Source: an uncultured delta proteobacterium
Lineage (GTDB): Bacteria > Myxococcota_A > Polyangia > Fen-1088
Assembly: GCA_963737265.1 (NCBI GenBank)
Contig: CAVTRY010000023.1
Location: 288,001-352,000 of the forward strand
Length of the DNA: 64,000 nucleotides
Direction: 5' to 3'
Below are positions 9,997-20,166 of this stretch, piece after piece. A program made the translations under genes and the position numbers. The notes below the pieces were generated by a model that worked only from the letters and a program-made list of their open reading frames with translations, was not told the origin of the DNA and searched no databases. Each line of letters starts with the position of its first letter. The first letter of the stretch is position 1.

Positions 9997-11262
9997 ATGG
10001 CTACCAAGACGATTTCCGACATCAGCGCCAGCGGCAAAACCGTGCTCATGCGCGTCGACTTCAACGTGCCCTTGAAGGGCGGCAAGATCACCGACGACCG
10101 ACGCATCCGCGCCGCCCTCCCCAGCATCAAGCAAGTCATCGACCAGGGCGGCAAGCTCGTGCTCATGAGCCACCTGGGCCGCCCCGATGGGGCCTATGAT
10201 GCCGAGGGCAGCCTAAAGCCGTGCGCCGACAGATTGGGCGAGCTGCTGGGCAAGCCAGTGAAGCTGGGCCCGAACGAGGTCATCGGACCGGCCGCCGAGG
10301 CGCTGGTGGCGTCGCTCAAGCCGGGCGATGTCGCGCTGCTCGAAAACGTCCGCTTTAACGCCGGCGAAACCATGCCCGACAAGGCCAAGAAGAACCCCGA
10401 CAAAAAACTGACCGCCGAGCAGCAGGCAAAGCACGACGAGTTCGTGGCCGGCCTGGCAAAGCTCGGCGACCTTTACGTCAATGACGCCTTCGGCACCTGC
10501 CATCGCAAGCACGCCAGCATGTTTGGCGTGGCCAAGGCCATCCAGGCCAAGGGCGGCGCCGCGGTCGCCGGGTATCTCGTCGAAAAGGAAATCCGCTACC
10601 TGCACGAAGCCGTCTCGTCGCCCAAGCGGCCGTTCGTCGCCATCCTGGGCGGCGCCAAGGTCAGCGACAAGATCAAGCTCATCTCGAATCTGCTCGGCAA
10701 GGTGGACAACATCCTCATCGGCGGCGCCATGGCGTACACGCTGCTCAAGGCCAGCGGCGTTGCCGTGGGCAAAAGCCGAGTCGAAGAGGATCAGGTCGAG
10801 GAAATGAGGAAGCTGCTCGCCCAGGCCGGCGGCAAGATCGTGCTGCCCAGCGACCACGCGGCCGCGGGCGCCTTCGACTTCAAGGCCATGACCGGCGACA
10901 AACCGACCGTGGTGGCCGGCGGCAACATCCCCGACGGACTCATGGGCATGGACATCGGCCCCAGGACCATCGCCGCCTTCACCGGCATCATCGCCAAGGC
11001 CGGCACCATCGTGTGGAACGGCCCCATGGGCGTGTTCGAAGCGGCTGACTTCGCGGCCGGTACGCTCGCCGTGGCCCAGGCCATCGCCGCGGCCACCGGT
11101 CGTGGCGCCGTCACCGTCATCGGCGGGGGCGATTCGGCCGCGGCCGTCGAGAAAATGGGCCTTGCCGACAAGATGACCCACGTCTCCACCGGCGGCGGCG
11201 CCAGCCTGGAGTATCTCGAAGGCAAGGAGATGCCGCCCATCAAGGTGCTGGACCAGAAGTAG
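9997..11262 (+). CDS. pgk: Phosphoglycerate kinase
   Basis: [51 protein letters not shown]. Confidence 0.97.
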   Translation: MATKTISDISASGKTVLMRVDFNVPLKGGKITDDRRIRAALPSIKQVIDQGGKLVLMSHLGRPDGAYDAEGSLKPCADRLGELLGKPVKLGPNEVIGPAAEALVASLKPGDVALLENVRFNAGETMPDKAKKNPDKKLTAEQQAKHDEFVAGLAKLGDLYVNDAFGTCHRKHASMFGVAKAIQAKGGAAVAGYLVEKEIRYLHEAVSSPKRPFVAILGGAKVSDKIKLISNLLGKVDNILIGGAMAYTLLKASGVAVGKSRVEEDQVEEMRKLLAQAGGKIVLPSDHAAAGAFDFKAMTGDKPTVVAGGNIPDGLMGMDIGPRTIAAFTGIIAKAGTIVWNGPMGVFEAADFAAGTLAVAQAIAAATGRGAVTVIGGGDSAAAVEKMGLADKMTHVSTGGGASLEYLEGKEMPPIKVLDQK

Positions 11263-11360
11263 GCTCGCCGGCCTCGTCCCATAGCTCGGCGCTGGGAAAG
11301 CTAGTGGCAAGCGCGGGAGGGTTTGCGGAAACATCGCCATGACGCATTGGCGAAGTGTAG

Positions 11361-11445
11361 AGGAGAGAGTGGGAGTCGAACCCACGTTACCTTGCGGTAA
11401 ACATGATTTCCAATCATGCCCCTTCGGCCACTCGGGCATCTCTCC
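11361..11445 (-). tRNA. tRNA-Ser(GGA)
   Basis: GGAGAGA/TCTCTCC acceptor, CATGA-TTGGAAA-TCATG anticodon arm, long variable arm, GTGGG-TTCGACT-CCCAC; no encoded CCA. Confidence 0.92.
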
Positions 11446-11529
11446 AGAAGTCCTTTAGACTCCCCGCGATGAGCGGCGTCAAGCAAAGCCTGCCGTCCCT
11501 CACGCGTATCTTATTTAGTTTTCGTGGAG

Positions 11530-11614
11530 AGGAGAGAGTGGGAGTCGAACCCACGTTACCTTGCGGTAAACCTGATTTCGAATCAGGCGCCTTCGGCCAC
11601 TCGGCCATCTCTCC
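11530..11614 (-). tRNA. tRNA-Ser(CGA)
   Basis: Same body; anticodon arm CCTGA-TTCGAAA-TCAGG; CCA not at positions 74-76. Confidence 0.92.
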
Positions 11615-11675
11615 GGCGGGATGGAATCGTATGCCGCAGGCGCGGCAGAAGGTCAAGCTCCGAAGGTTTCCCGTA

Positions 11676-11843
11676 ATCCCGCGATAGGCGCAGAAGGTCG
11701 CACCGTGTCCGTGGCCGGAGTAATCTTCGTCGGCCACGGCCACGACGTTTACGACCACCCTTCATCGCTCCAACTGGGCGGCGCGTCCATCCTGGAAAAG
11801 CGCCGTTTCTGCCGCCTTCCGCGACGTCGCTGCGCTTGTGCGG
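11676..11843. mobile_element. MITE-like dispersed repeat, copy 1
   Basis: Matches 58218-58421 in inverted orientation; left end ATCCCGCGATAGGCGCAG, degenerate right end. Confidence 0.65.
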
Positions 11844-11943
11844 TTCGTCGGTACCCTTCCCGACATCTTGACAGCATGGTGAGAGAGCATCATATGCCAC
11901 GGGTGGGAGGATTGGGAAGACTAGACTAGCTGGGCTAGCCAAG

Positions 11944-12945
11944 CTACCTCGCCTGCGCTTGCTCCAGGGCCACGGCCACGGCCACGCTGGCGCCCACCAT
12001 GGGGTTGTTGCCCATGCCGAGGAAGCCCATCATCTCGACGTGCGCGGGCACCGAGGACGAGCCCGCGAACTGGGCGTCGCTGTGCATGCGGCCCATGGTG
12101 TCGGTCATGCCGTAGGAGGCGGGACCGGCGGCCATGTTATCCGGATGCAAGGTGCGACCCGTGCCGCCGCCGCTGGCCACCGAGAAGTACTTCTTGCCCT
12201 GCTCAAGGCATTCCTTCTTGTAGGTGCCGGCCACGGGGTGCTGGAAGCGCGTGGGGTTGGTGGAGTTGCCGGTGATGGACACGTCCACGCCCTCGTGGTG
12301 ATTGATGGCCACGCCCTCGCGCACGTCGTCGGCGCCATAGCAGCGCACCTTGGCTTTTTCGCCCTTGGAATACGGCAGCTCTTTCACGATGTTGAGCTTG
12401 CCCGAGGCGTAGTCGAACTTGGTCTGCACGTAGGTGAAGCCGTTGATGCGGCTGATGATCTGGGCGGCGTCCTTGCCGAGACCGTTCAGGATCACGCGCA
12501 GGGGCTCCTTGCGGGCCTTGTTGGCACTGCGGGCGAGGCCGATGGCGCCCTCGGCGGCGGCAAAGGATTCGTGGCCGGCCAGGAAGGCGAAGCACTTGGT
12601 CTCTTCCTTGAGCAGCATGGACGCCAGGTTGCCGTGGCCGATGCCGACCTTGCGATCGTCCGCCACCGAGCCGGGAATGCAGAAGGCCTGCATGCCTTCG
12701 CCGAGCGAGCAGGCGATGTCCACCGCCTTCTTCTGGCCTTTCTTGAGGGCGATGGCTGCGCCGACGATGTACGCCCAGCAGGCGTTCTCGAAAGCGATGG
12801 GCTGGATCTCCTTGACGATGGTGTACACATCGACGCCCTTGGCATCGGTGAGCTTCTTCGCCTCTTCAAGGGACGCGATGCCGTACTTGGCCAGCACCGG
12901 GGTGATTTGGCCGATTCTGCGTTCGTAGGATTCAAACAGAGCCAT
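11944..12945 (-). CDS. GGGtGRT family protein (function unknown)
   Basis: MALFESYERRI start with AAGGAG RBS; SGGGTGRTLHPDN signature; FLAGHESFAAAEGA. Confidence 0.92.
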   Translation of the reverse strand: MALFESYERRIGQITPVLAKYGIASLEEAKKLTDAKGVDVYTIVKEIQPIAFENACWAYIVGAAIALKKGQKKAVDIACSLGEGMQAFCIPGSVADDRKVGIGHGNLASMLLKEETKCFAFLAGHESFAAAEGAIGLARSANKARKEPLRVILNGLGKDAAQIISRINGFTYVQTKFDYASGKLNIVKELPYSKGEKAKVRCYGADDVREGVAINHHEGVDVSITGNSTNPTRFQHPVAGTYKKECLEQGKKYFSVASGGGTGRTLHPDNMAAGPASYGMTDTMGRMHSDAQFAGSSSVPAHVEMMGFLGMGNNPMVGASVAVAVALEQAQAR

Positions 12946-12965
12946 GGTCGATGTCTCCTTCTTGG

Positions 12966-13658
12966 CTACTGGTGGCGGGGGTTGATGAGTTTGGCCGCTT
13001 CGTCGAAGCGTCCGTACTTCGAGGTCGCCTTCTTCAAGGCTTCCCCGGCTTCCACGCCCTTGCCGATGGATTCCATCATCTTGCCGAGGTGGACGAATTC
13101 GTAGCCGATGACCTCGCCGCCTTCGTCGAGCGCCAGGCGGGTCACGTAGCCCTCGGCCATCTCCAGGTAGCGCACGCCCTTGGCCACGGTGCCGTACATG
13201 GTGCCGATCTGGCTGCGCAGGCCCTTGCCGAGATCCTCCAGGCCGGCGCCGATGGGCAGGCCGCCTTCCGAGAAAGCGGTCTGCGTGCGGCCGTAGACAA
13301 TCTGCAAGAACAGCTCGCGCATGGCCGTGTTGATGGCGTCGCACACCAGATCCGTGTTGAGCGCTTCGAGAATAGTCTTGCCCGAAAGGATCTCGGCGGC
13401 CATGGCGGCGCTGTGGGTCATGCCGGAGCAGCCGATGGTCTCGATCAGGGCTTCCTGGATCACGCCGTCCTTCACGTTCAGCGTGAGCTTGCACGCGCCC
13501 TGCTGAGGCGCGCACCAACCTACGCCGTGGGTGAGGCCCGAGATGTCCTTGATCTCCTTGGCCTGGACCCAGCGGCCTTCCTCGGGAATAGGCGCCGGAC
13601 CGTGGTTGGGTCCTTTCGCCACGCACGTCATGTGTTCGACTTCGGCCGAGTAAATCAT
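12966..13658 (-). CDS. NifU/IscU N-terminal-like protein, partner of GGGtGRT
   Basis: MIYSAEVEHMTCV, GVGWCAPQQGACKL, ETIGCSGMTHS, DLVCDA Cys pattern; GGAGG RBS. Confidence 0.85.
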   Translation of the reverse strand: MIYSAEVEHMTCVAKGPNHGPAPIPEEGRWVQAKEIKDISGLTHGVGWCAPQQGACKLTLNVKDGVIQEALIETIGCSGMTHSAAMAAEILSGKTILEALNTDLVCDAINTAMRELFLQIVYGRTQTAFSEGGLPIGAGLEDLGKGLRSQIGTMYGTVAKGVRYLEMAEGYVTRLALDEGGEVIGYEFVHLGKMMESIGKGVEAGEALKKATSKYGRFDEAAKLINPRHQ

Positions 13659-13764
13659 TGGGGAGCCTCCTTTAGGGCGGTAGAAAGAAGCACGAGTCTT
13701 TCGCGACGACGCTTCATACATCATCCAAGCTTCGGCGGGAAGCGCGCGATGGATTCGTGTCGCG

Positions 13765-13965
13765 ATGGATTCGGGTACGACTGATGGCTATTCGAACAAC
13801 GTTGGTGGTCCGATGGCGGGTAGTGGCCTTGGCATGAACATCTACACCCGTCGAAACTGGAATCTCAGCTTGGCCGCCGTCTACCATATCACTGCACGCC
13901 TCCCGTCAGAACCGTTCGCAACCCAAGATATCGGCCTAGCTGCATCCTGGTCCTGGCAGTGGTGA
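13765..13965 (+). pseudogene. Probable C-terminal remnant of an outer-membrane beta-barrel gene
   Basis: Alternating beta-strand pattern (GLGMNIY, WNLSLAAVYH, IGLAASWSWQW) ending in aromatic residue; no signal peptide. Confidence 0.35.
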
Positions 13966-14041
13966 CGATTCGGCGAAGAGAGGCTCGTCTCGCGAGGTGG
14001 GTCCAAAGCGCAAGGTGAGATAACTGTGATGCTGGACCAAA

Positions 14042-16714
14042 TCAGGCCGCGTTGCGGGTGGCGTTGATGACGGCAGCGATGCCTTTCAAAGCCATGGTGC
14101 GGGCTTCGATCGCTTCCCTGGAATCCAACGTGCCCGCGCGACGATGGGTGTTGTAGCGCGCGAATGCGTCGTGCACGATCACCAGCAGGGGAAGGATGAT
14201 TTCCTCGCGAAAGCGAATGCTGGCGCGAACCAGGGCGTCGTTCGACAGCAACCAGGGCTGGTTGGAGATGCGCAGAATACAGCGCTCGAACGCGCACAGC
14301 TTCATCGCGAATCTGCCGCCACAGCGGCCCGAAGCGTGGGTCCTGCTCCAAGTGAGCGGTGACGTCGAACCGAGATTTCAGCAGGCTCATGGCCGCATTG
14401 TCGAGGAGGGCGCGGAAGAAACGCGAATCTCGATACAGGCGATGCAGCTCGTCCTCACGACCCGATTCGATCACGTGATCGAGGGCCGCACCCAAGCCAT
14501 AAAAGCCGGAAATCTGGATCTTGAGCACGCTCCAGGTCGCGACCAGGGGAATGGCGCGCAGGTTGTCCATCTCGATGGTTTCGGAGGCGCGCCGGCTGGC
14601 CGGTCGGCTGGCGATGGTTAGATAATCGAACAAGGGCAACGGGCTGTCCTCGCCCAAGAACGCGAGCAAGCTGGGATCGTCGCGCAGCTGGCGGTAGGCC
14701 TGAAACGACACGGCCGAAAGCTCGTCCATGAGCGGCCGGAATTCCTGCGCGGGATCTTCGCCCGGGCTGGGCGACAGCAGATTTTCGATATTGGCCGTGA
14801 ACAACTGCTCAACGTGGTAGCGGGCCATGTCCGGATTACCGAAGTTGCTGCTGATGGTTTGTCCTTGGATTGTCAACTGGGTTTCCCATTGTTCGATAGT
14901 GGCGTCGCGCGACCGATAGAAGCGATGGGTATTGCCGCCACCGCGCGCGGGCGGTCCGCCACGCCCGTCGAAAAACTGGATGCGCACACCGTGGCGGCGA
15001 CCAAGCTCTGTCAGTCTCCGCTCGGCCTGCCGAATGCCCCAATTGGCGGCCAGGTAGCCGCCGTCCTTGGTGCCGTCGGAAAAGCCCATCATGATCACCT
15101 GTCGTTGTTGGCGTCGATCGAGCACGTCGCGGTAGGCGGGGGACGAAAGCAACCGCCCGAGAATTTTTTCGGAATGGTCCAGGTCTTCGATCGACTCGAA
15201 CAGCGGCACGATGTCGAGCCGCCCGTCGCGCGGCGCCAGCCCGGCGAAACACGCCAGAATGAGCACGACGAGGGAATCCTCGGGACCGCGCGTATGACTG
15301 ATGACGACGCGATGGAGACCACGCTCGCCGTTCTCGCGCTGGACCTCGGCAACCAGGCGAAGAACCTCGAGCGTGTCGCATGCAAGGGGGGACAAGGCGG
15401 CTGCCATCTCGGCGGGCGCGCCCGTCGCGCAGCCGAGCAGCCGTTCGAAAAGATCGAACGGCACATCCTGCGCGGTCTCTGCCCTTTTCAGCACCAGCCG
15501 ATCGGCCTCCGCCAGGGCCACGGTCGCGCCCATGCGTTCGACGATTTCGCGCAGGCTTGCGAAAAAGACGTCGCTGCTCTGCCTGATGTCGATGGAGGCA
15601 AAATGAAAACCGAACAAGTGGACCTTGACGATGAAGTCGTCCAGCTCGTCGAGGAACAGGCTCTGGTGGTCGCGCACGATGAGCTGGCGCAGGGCCAGCA
15701 GCTCATGCTGCAATTCCTCGGCCGTGGCAAAGGGCGGATCGCCGGAGACATCGTCGGCGAGCGCGCGCGTGCGATCCGTGGCGCGCAGCCAGGTCCGGCG
15801 CAGGCGCTCGAACGATTGCTTGGGTCTTCTGATGAACGCCCTCGAAGGTCAGGCGGCGGCCGAGTTCGACCGCGGTGGCGTGGTATCGACCGAGCACGCA
15901 TTCCTTGAGCATGCGCGCCACCTCGCGCGTGACCTGGGCGGTGACGTAGGGGTTGCCGTCGCGATCGCCGCCGGGCCAAAACCCGATTTGCAAATTTGGA
16001 CGCGGCGGCAGGTGGGCGGGAAGCTGTGCGCGACCATGCGCCACCAGCAGCACGCGCGAAGCGATCTTGGGCAGTACATCGTAGAAGACGTCTTCCAGCG
16101 GGCGAAGCAGACTGCGGGCCTCGTCTACCGGTGTCGGGCGCGTGCGATTGGAAAAGCGCGTCTTTCCTAGTTGCAGGAGAAGGCGTTCCACCTGCGCGGG
16201 GTCATTGCGGTTGAGGGCCGCGTGAAGGTCTTGAATGACACCCTGGACGGTGTCCGGGTAGAATTGCGTGGGGTGGGCGGTAAGCACGATGCGCGTCGCG
16301 GTCTTTCCCAGCAACTCGGCCAAATCGGCGCGCCGGTCGTCGCGAAAGACCGCTTCCACCAAGTGCGACACGCTGCCTGGCGCGGCGAGGTCGTGGGTTT
16401 CGGTGAAGGAATCGTCTTCGAGGGCGTCGAACAAGACGACTTCACGCTCGAACCAACTGCAGAAAGAGAAACAGCGCCTCATCCCGCGCAACGTCGGTCA
16501 GAAGCGGATTTTCCGAGAAAAATCGATCGACGATGGCGCTCGGCGACTCCTTCTGCTGGAGTCTCTTGCGACAATGCTCCGTGAAGACCGGAAGCAAGCG
16601 CCCCACGCGCTGGAGGAGGTGATACGGCAGGCCCAGAAACAGGCCGGAATAGAGGCGGTAACGAGTCGCAACATGTTCGTCAAAAGCACGTTCGGGTTCG
16701 CGAAGCACTGGCAT
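14042..16714 (-). pseudogene. ppc: Phosphoenolpyruvate carboxylase, interrupted by three +1 frameshifts (pseudogene or assembly error)
   Basis: VLTAHPT, GGDRDGNP, GFSDGTKDGG, FDGRGGPPARGG, ASRPASR, LRAIP, RNAA* spread over four ORFs; removing one base at each break gives 889 aa. Confidence 0.88.
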
Positions 16715-16772
16715 CAAGCCTAGACTAGCAGCCGTTTCGGGTATTGATCGGCTTTGTAAATTCGCGACGACG

Positions 16773-18422
16773 ATGCACGACCAACCCAGCCCAGACCCCG
16801 TCCCGCCCGGGGACACTCCGACGAAAGACACCGGCATCACCACCCGCGGCTTTGCAGTGCTGCTCGGACTCGGCGGGCTGGTCATGCTCCATGGCCCCAT
16901 GGCGCGCGACGGCTTCGGCAGGGCTCACGGCAACCTCATCGACGGCCGCTTGGTCGCGCTGCTGCTGGAGCACGCGCATCAGTGGATCGCCGGGCGGGTC
17001 GACGCCTTCTTCAGTCCGACGTGGCTCTATTACCCCTACCCGAAAGCCCTGACCCTGACCGAGACCATGCTGGGCGCAACGCCACTCTATTCGCCGCTGC
17101 GGTTCGCCGGCATGGCGCCCATGCACGCCTTTCAACTGTCGATGGTTCTCAGCTCAGCGCTCGCCTACGCGGCGACATATGGCCTGGCGCGCGCCCTCAA
17201 GACCAGCGTCTTGGGCGCTGCCCTGGCGGCATTTCTGTGCACATTCGGTATGGCGCGTGTAACGGCGGCCCATCACCCGCAGCTTCTGTTCTCCCTGCCA
17301 ACGCCACTTTGCCTGCTGGCCATCCTGCAATACCTCAAGGCCGGCAGCGCCAAGCGACGCTGCCTTTGGCTCATTGGGGTCGCGCTGATGGCCGCATGGC
17401 AGACCTGGGCGGCGGGGTATCTCGGCGTCTTCCTGGTTTTGACGGTCGCGGTCGCCGGCCTGGCTGCGCTGGCAATGCGCGATACGCGCCCGCGCCTGAT
17501 CGCCATCCTGCGGCGCGATTTTCACGTGCTCGCGCTCGCGGCCATCGTCTACGCGGCGGCGCTGCTTCCCCTCATCATCGCCACCCTTCCCCACCGCGCC
17601 GTGCTGGCCCGCACGTGGGCCGAGGTCGCGACCTACTTGCCGACCCCGGCAGCGTTGGTCTTTCCGCACGGCAGGAGCCTGGTCTACGGCTGGCTGCACG
17701 ACACCCTTGCCCCCTGGGTCAACAATCCGAGCGAGTCTCAGCTGTTTTCAGGGATCGCCGCGCTCCTGGCGCCCTTCGGCCTGTGGCTCTGCGCGCGCCA
17801 CGAACGGCGTCAAGCGCAGCCCGTTCTCGATCTGTGTCCGGCACCGATGCTGATCTTCACGTGGCTGGGCCTCTCCGTGCTCATGCTGGGCGACCGCGCC
17901 GGGCACTCCCTGTGGTGGCTACCGTGGCATCTTCCCGGGGTCAGCGGCATTCGCGCCATTGGCCGGCTTGGGATCTTCATCTTGTTGCTCGCAAGTCTTG
18001 CCCTGGGACTGGTCGCCACCTGGATCGAAGGGCGCCTCCGCCACGGCCGCCTCATCGTCGTCGCCCTCGCGATTTTCGTGGTGCTGGAAAGCGCCGTGGA
18101 CAACCGCTATCTCTTCTCGGTCGCGTCGCACGAGCGCCGAATCGCCAAGGTCGAAGCGGCGTTGCGGCGGAACCCCGAAAATCCGTGCCCCGCTTTCTTC
18201 TACGAGAGCGCTGGCGACAACCCGTGGGCCGACCACGTCGACGCCATGTGGGTGTCCATGCGAACCCGCGTTCCAACATTAAACGGCTGGGCCGGCGCCG
18301 AGCCGCCGGGCTGGAGCTTCCGCCAGACGGCGTCGGTGAATGCCGAAGACCTGCTGCGCTGGGCGCACACCTTTGCGCCCAGCCTCGCGCGGATCTGTGT
18401 GGTGACGGACGAGCCGCCATAG
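16773..18422 (+). CDS. Multi-pass membrane protein, GT-C/YfhO-like
   Basis: Many hydrophobic segments; periplasmic loop with YYPYPKALTLTE; C-terminal PTLNGWAG. Confidence 0.6.
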   Translation: MHDQPSPDPVPPGDTPTKDTGITTRGFAVLLGLGGLVMLHGPMARDGFGRAHGNLIDGRLVALLLEHAHQWIAGRVDAFFSPTWLYYPYPKALTLTETMLGATPLYSPLRFAGMAPMHAFQLSMVLSSALAYAATYGLARALKTSVLGAALAAFLCTFGMARVTAAHHPQLLFSLPTPLCLLAILQYLKAGSAKRRCLWLIGVALMAAWQTWAAGYLGVFLVLTVAVAGLAALAMRDTRPRLIAILRRDFHVLALAAIVYAAALLPLIIATLPHRAVLARTWAEVATYLPTPAALVFPHGRSLVYGWLHDTLAPWVNNPSESQLFSGIAALLAPFGLWLCARHERRQAQPVLDLCPAPMLIFTWLGLSVLMLGDRAGHSLWWLPWHLPGVSGIRAIGRLGIFILLLASLALGLVATWIEGRLRHGRLIVVALAIFVVLESAVDNRYLFSVASHERRIAKVEAALRRNPENPCPAFFYESAGDNPWADHVDAMWVSMRTRVPTLNGWAGAEPPGWSFRQTASVNAEDLLRWAHTFAPSLARICVVTDEPP

Positions 18423-18426
18423 GCGA
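18334..18426 (+). repeat. 93-bp direct repeat, copy 1 (3' end of membrane-protein gene)
   Basis: Aligns to 21433-21525 with about 6 mismatches. Confidence 0.9.
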
Positions 18427-18531
18427 AGAGCACGGCCTGGAGGCGCATCCGCCCTTGCTCAATACGGCTTGCGCCGCTAATGGCCGCTTTCGGCCGCCTT
18501 GTCGCCGGACGATCGACGTTCGCCCACGCGA

Positions 18532-20166
18532 CTATAGAGCAGCGATGTCGTCCGCGGGCTCGGCCGTCGGGTTGCGCGGCACCCGGATCTCGATCCGCGT
18601 GCCCTGGCCGGGATGCGAGCGCACGTGGATTGTCCCGCCGGCCCGGCCGACCGCGGCGCAGATCGCCGACATGCCGACGCCGCGCCCCGAGATGTCCGTC
18701 GTGGTAGCCGCCGTCGATAACCCGTCGATGAACACCAGCTCCAGCAGCTGGTCGTAGGTCCACCTCGCGAGGTCGAGATCGCTGCACAGCCTCAGCTCGC
18801 GCGCCTTCGCGACGAGCCGGTCGACCTCGACGCCGCGACCGTCGTCCTCGATCTCGATCTGGTAGTCGGTGATGTCCTCCGCGAACTTGATTGACAGGCG
18901 CGCGGTCGTGGCCTTGCCGGCGCGGTCATCGGCCGGCTCGATGCCGTGCTCGATCGCGTTGCGTACGACGTGACCGAGCTCGCGCACGACCGGGCCGAGC
19001 ACGGCGGCATCGATGCGCAGATCGCCGCCCTCGATCACGAGATCGACGTGCTTGGCGAAGCGTTCGGCGAGCCGCGGCACCAGCGCCTCGAGCGGCCCCA
19101 GGATCATCCGCGCCGGCCGGCGCCGGATCTGTTTGATCCAGCGCGCGATCGCGTCGGGCCGCGCGCGCGCGTGCTCCAGATGGACCAGGTCGTCAGTGGT
19201 GATCGAGATCGAGGTGGCGCTGTCGCTCGCGCTCGTCACGCCCAGCACGTCGACGTTGTGCGCGAGAAAGCTTTCGAGCGCGCGTTCGATGCGGTCGATG
19301 CCGTCCACCGTGATTGCCGGAGCGTCCTCGACCGCGTGCGCGAGCTCGGCAACCGCGGCGAGTCCGAAGCAAGCCGCGTTGCCCTTCATCGTGTGGAGCG
19401 CACGCCGGGACGCGCGCGGATCGCCGGCCACGATCGCGGCGCGGGCATCGCTCGCGAGCGCGTGGAAGTCGGCCACGAACCCGACGAACGCCTCGCGCTG
19501 GCGCAGCAGCTGGACGAGCAGGCGGTAGTGCGCGCTGTCGCGCTGTGCGGCCTCGAGCGCGGTGACGTCGCAGATCGTGATGAGCACGCTGTCGACTACG
19601 CCGTCGCGGCTGCGGATTACCCGGCCGTCGAGCTGCAGGCTGCAGCCGTCCCGGCCGGTAGCTCGGTGCGGTAGCTGGTCGAGCAGGAGCTCGCTCGGCA
19701 GGACATCATCGAACACCTGGGCGAGCCCGAGTGCAAGGTCGTCGCAGCGCGTAGCATCGAAGCCGAGCGCCGCCCCGAGCGACGCACCGGCCAGCCGGTC
19801 ATGGCCGAGCAGGTCGACGCACGAGCGCGTGAAGACGTCGCGGATCGCGCCGTCGCGGCCGACCACAAGGAACCCGAACACCACGTTGTCGAGGATGACC
19901 TGGAGATCGCGGGTCCGCGCGGCGACCTCGGCCTCGAGCCGCGCGCCGTGGCGCACGAGCTCGGCGTTGCGGAGTTCCGTCAGCTCCTGGCGACGCCGGG
20001 TCTCAGCCTCGCGTGCGCGCGCGCGTTCGACGGTGCGCTGGATGCCCGAGCCTTCACCGTTGTACAGCTCCACGACCTTGCGCTTGAGCACCGCGACGGT
20101 CCGTTCGGCGGCGAGAGCGCGTGCCCGCCAGCCGCACTCGGTCTCAGCCTCCGGCGACGCGGTCAT
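18532..20166 (-). CDS. CheA-like histidine kinase (coiled coil-PAS-Hpt-HATPase)
   Basis: LHTMKGNA Hpt motif; HVVRNAIEHGIE, IEDDGRG, F..GLST, SGRGVGM. Confidence 0.85.
   Translation of the reverse strand: MTASPEAETECGWRARALAAERTVAVLKRKVVELYNGEGSGIQRTVERARAREAETRRRQELTELRNAELVRHGARLEAEVAARTRDLQVILDNVVFGFLVVGRDGAIRDVFTRSCVDLLGHDRLAGASLGAALGFDATRCDDLALGLAQVFDDVLPSELLLDQLPHRATGRDGCSLQLDGRVIRSRDGVVDSVLITICDVTALEAAQRDSAHYRLLVQLLRQREAFVGFVADFHALASDARAAIVAGDPRASRRALHTMKGNAACFGLAAVAELAHAVEDAPAITVDGIDRIERALESFLAHNVDVLGVTSASDSATSISITTDDLVHLEHARARPDAIARWIKQIRRRPARMILGPLEALVPRLAERFAKHVDLVIEGGDLRIDAAVLGPVVRELGHVVRNAIEHGIEPADDRAGKATTARLSIKFAEDITDYQIEIEDDGRGVEVDRLVAKARELRLCSDLDLARWTYDQLLELVFIDGLSTAATTTDISGRGVGMSAICAAVGRAGGTIHVRSHPGQGTRIEIRVPRNPTAEPADDIAAL

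Noticed and set aside
11361-11571. 42-bp exact repeat as att site or CRISPR repeat
   Set aside because: Both copies lie within complete tRNA genes; only two units and no cas or integrase genes.
16442-16453. Programmed +1 ribosomal frameshift at GTT-CGA-GCG-TGA in ppc
   Set aside because: P-site tRNA could not re-pair from GUU to UUC, and three sequential shifts would give negligible product; artefact or mutation is more likely.
11921-16729. CTAGACTAGC at 11921-11930 and 16720-16729 flanking the GGGtGRT-ppc block, as a possible target-site duplication
   Set aside because: Only 10 bp; on the minus strand it reads GCTAGTCT, a plausible -10 element (7 nt before the ppc ATG); no element ends.
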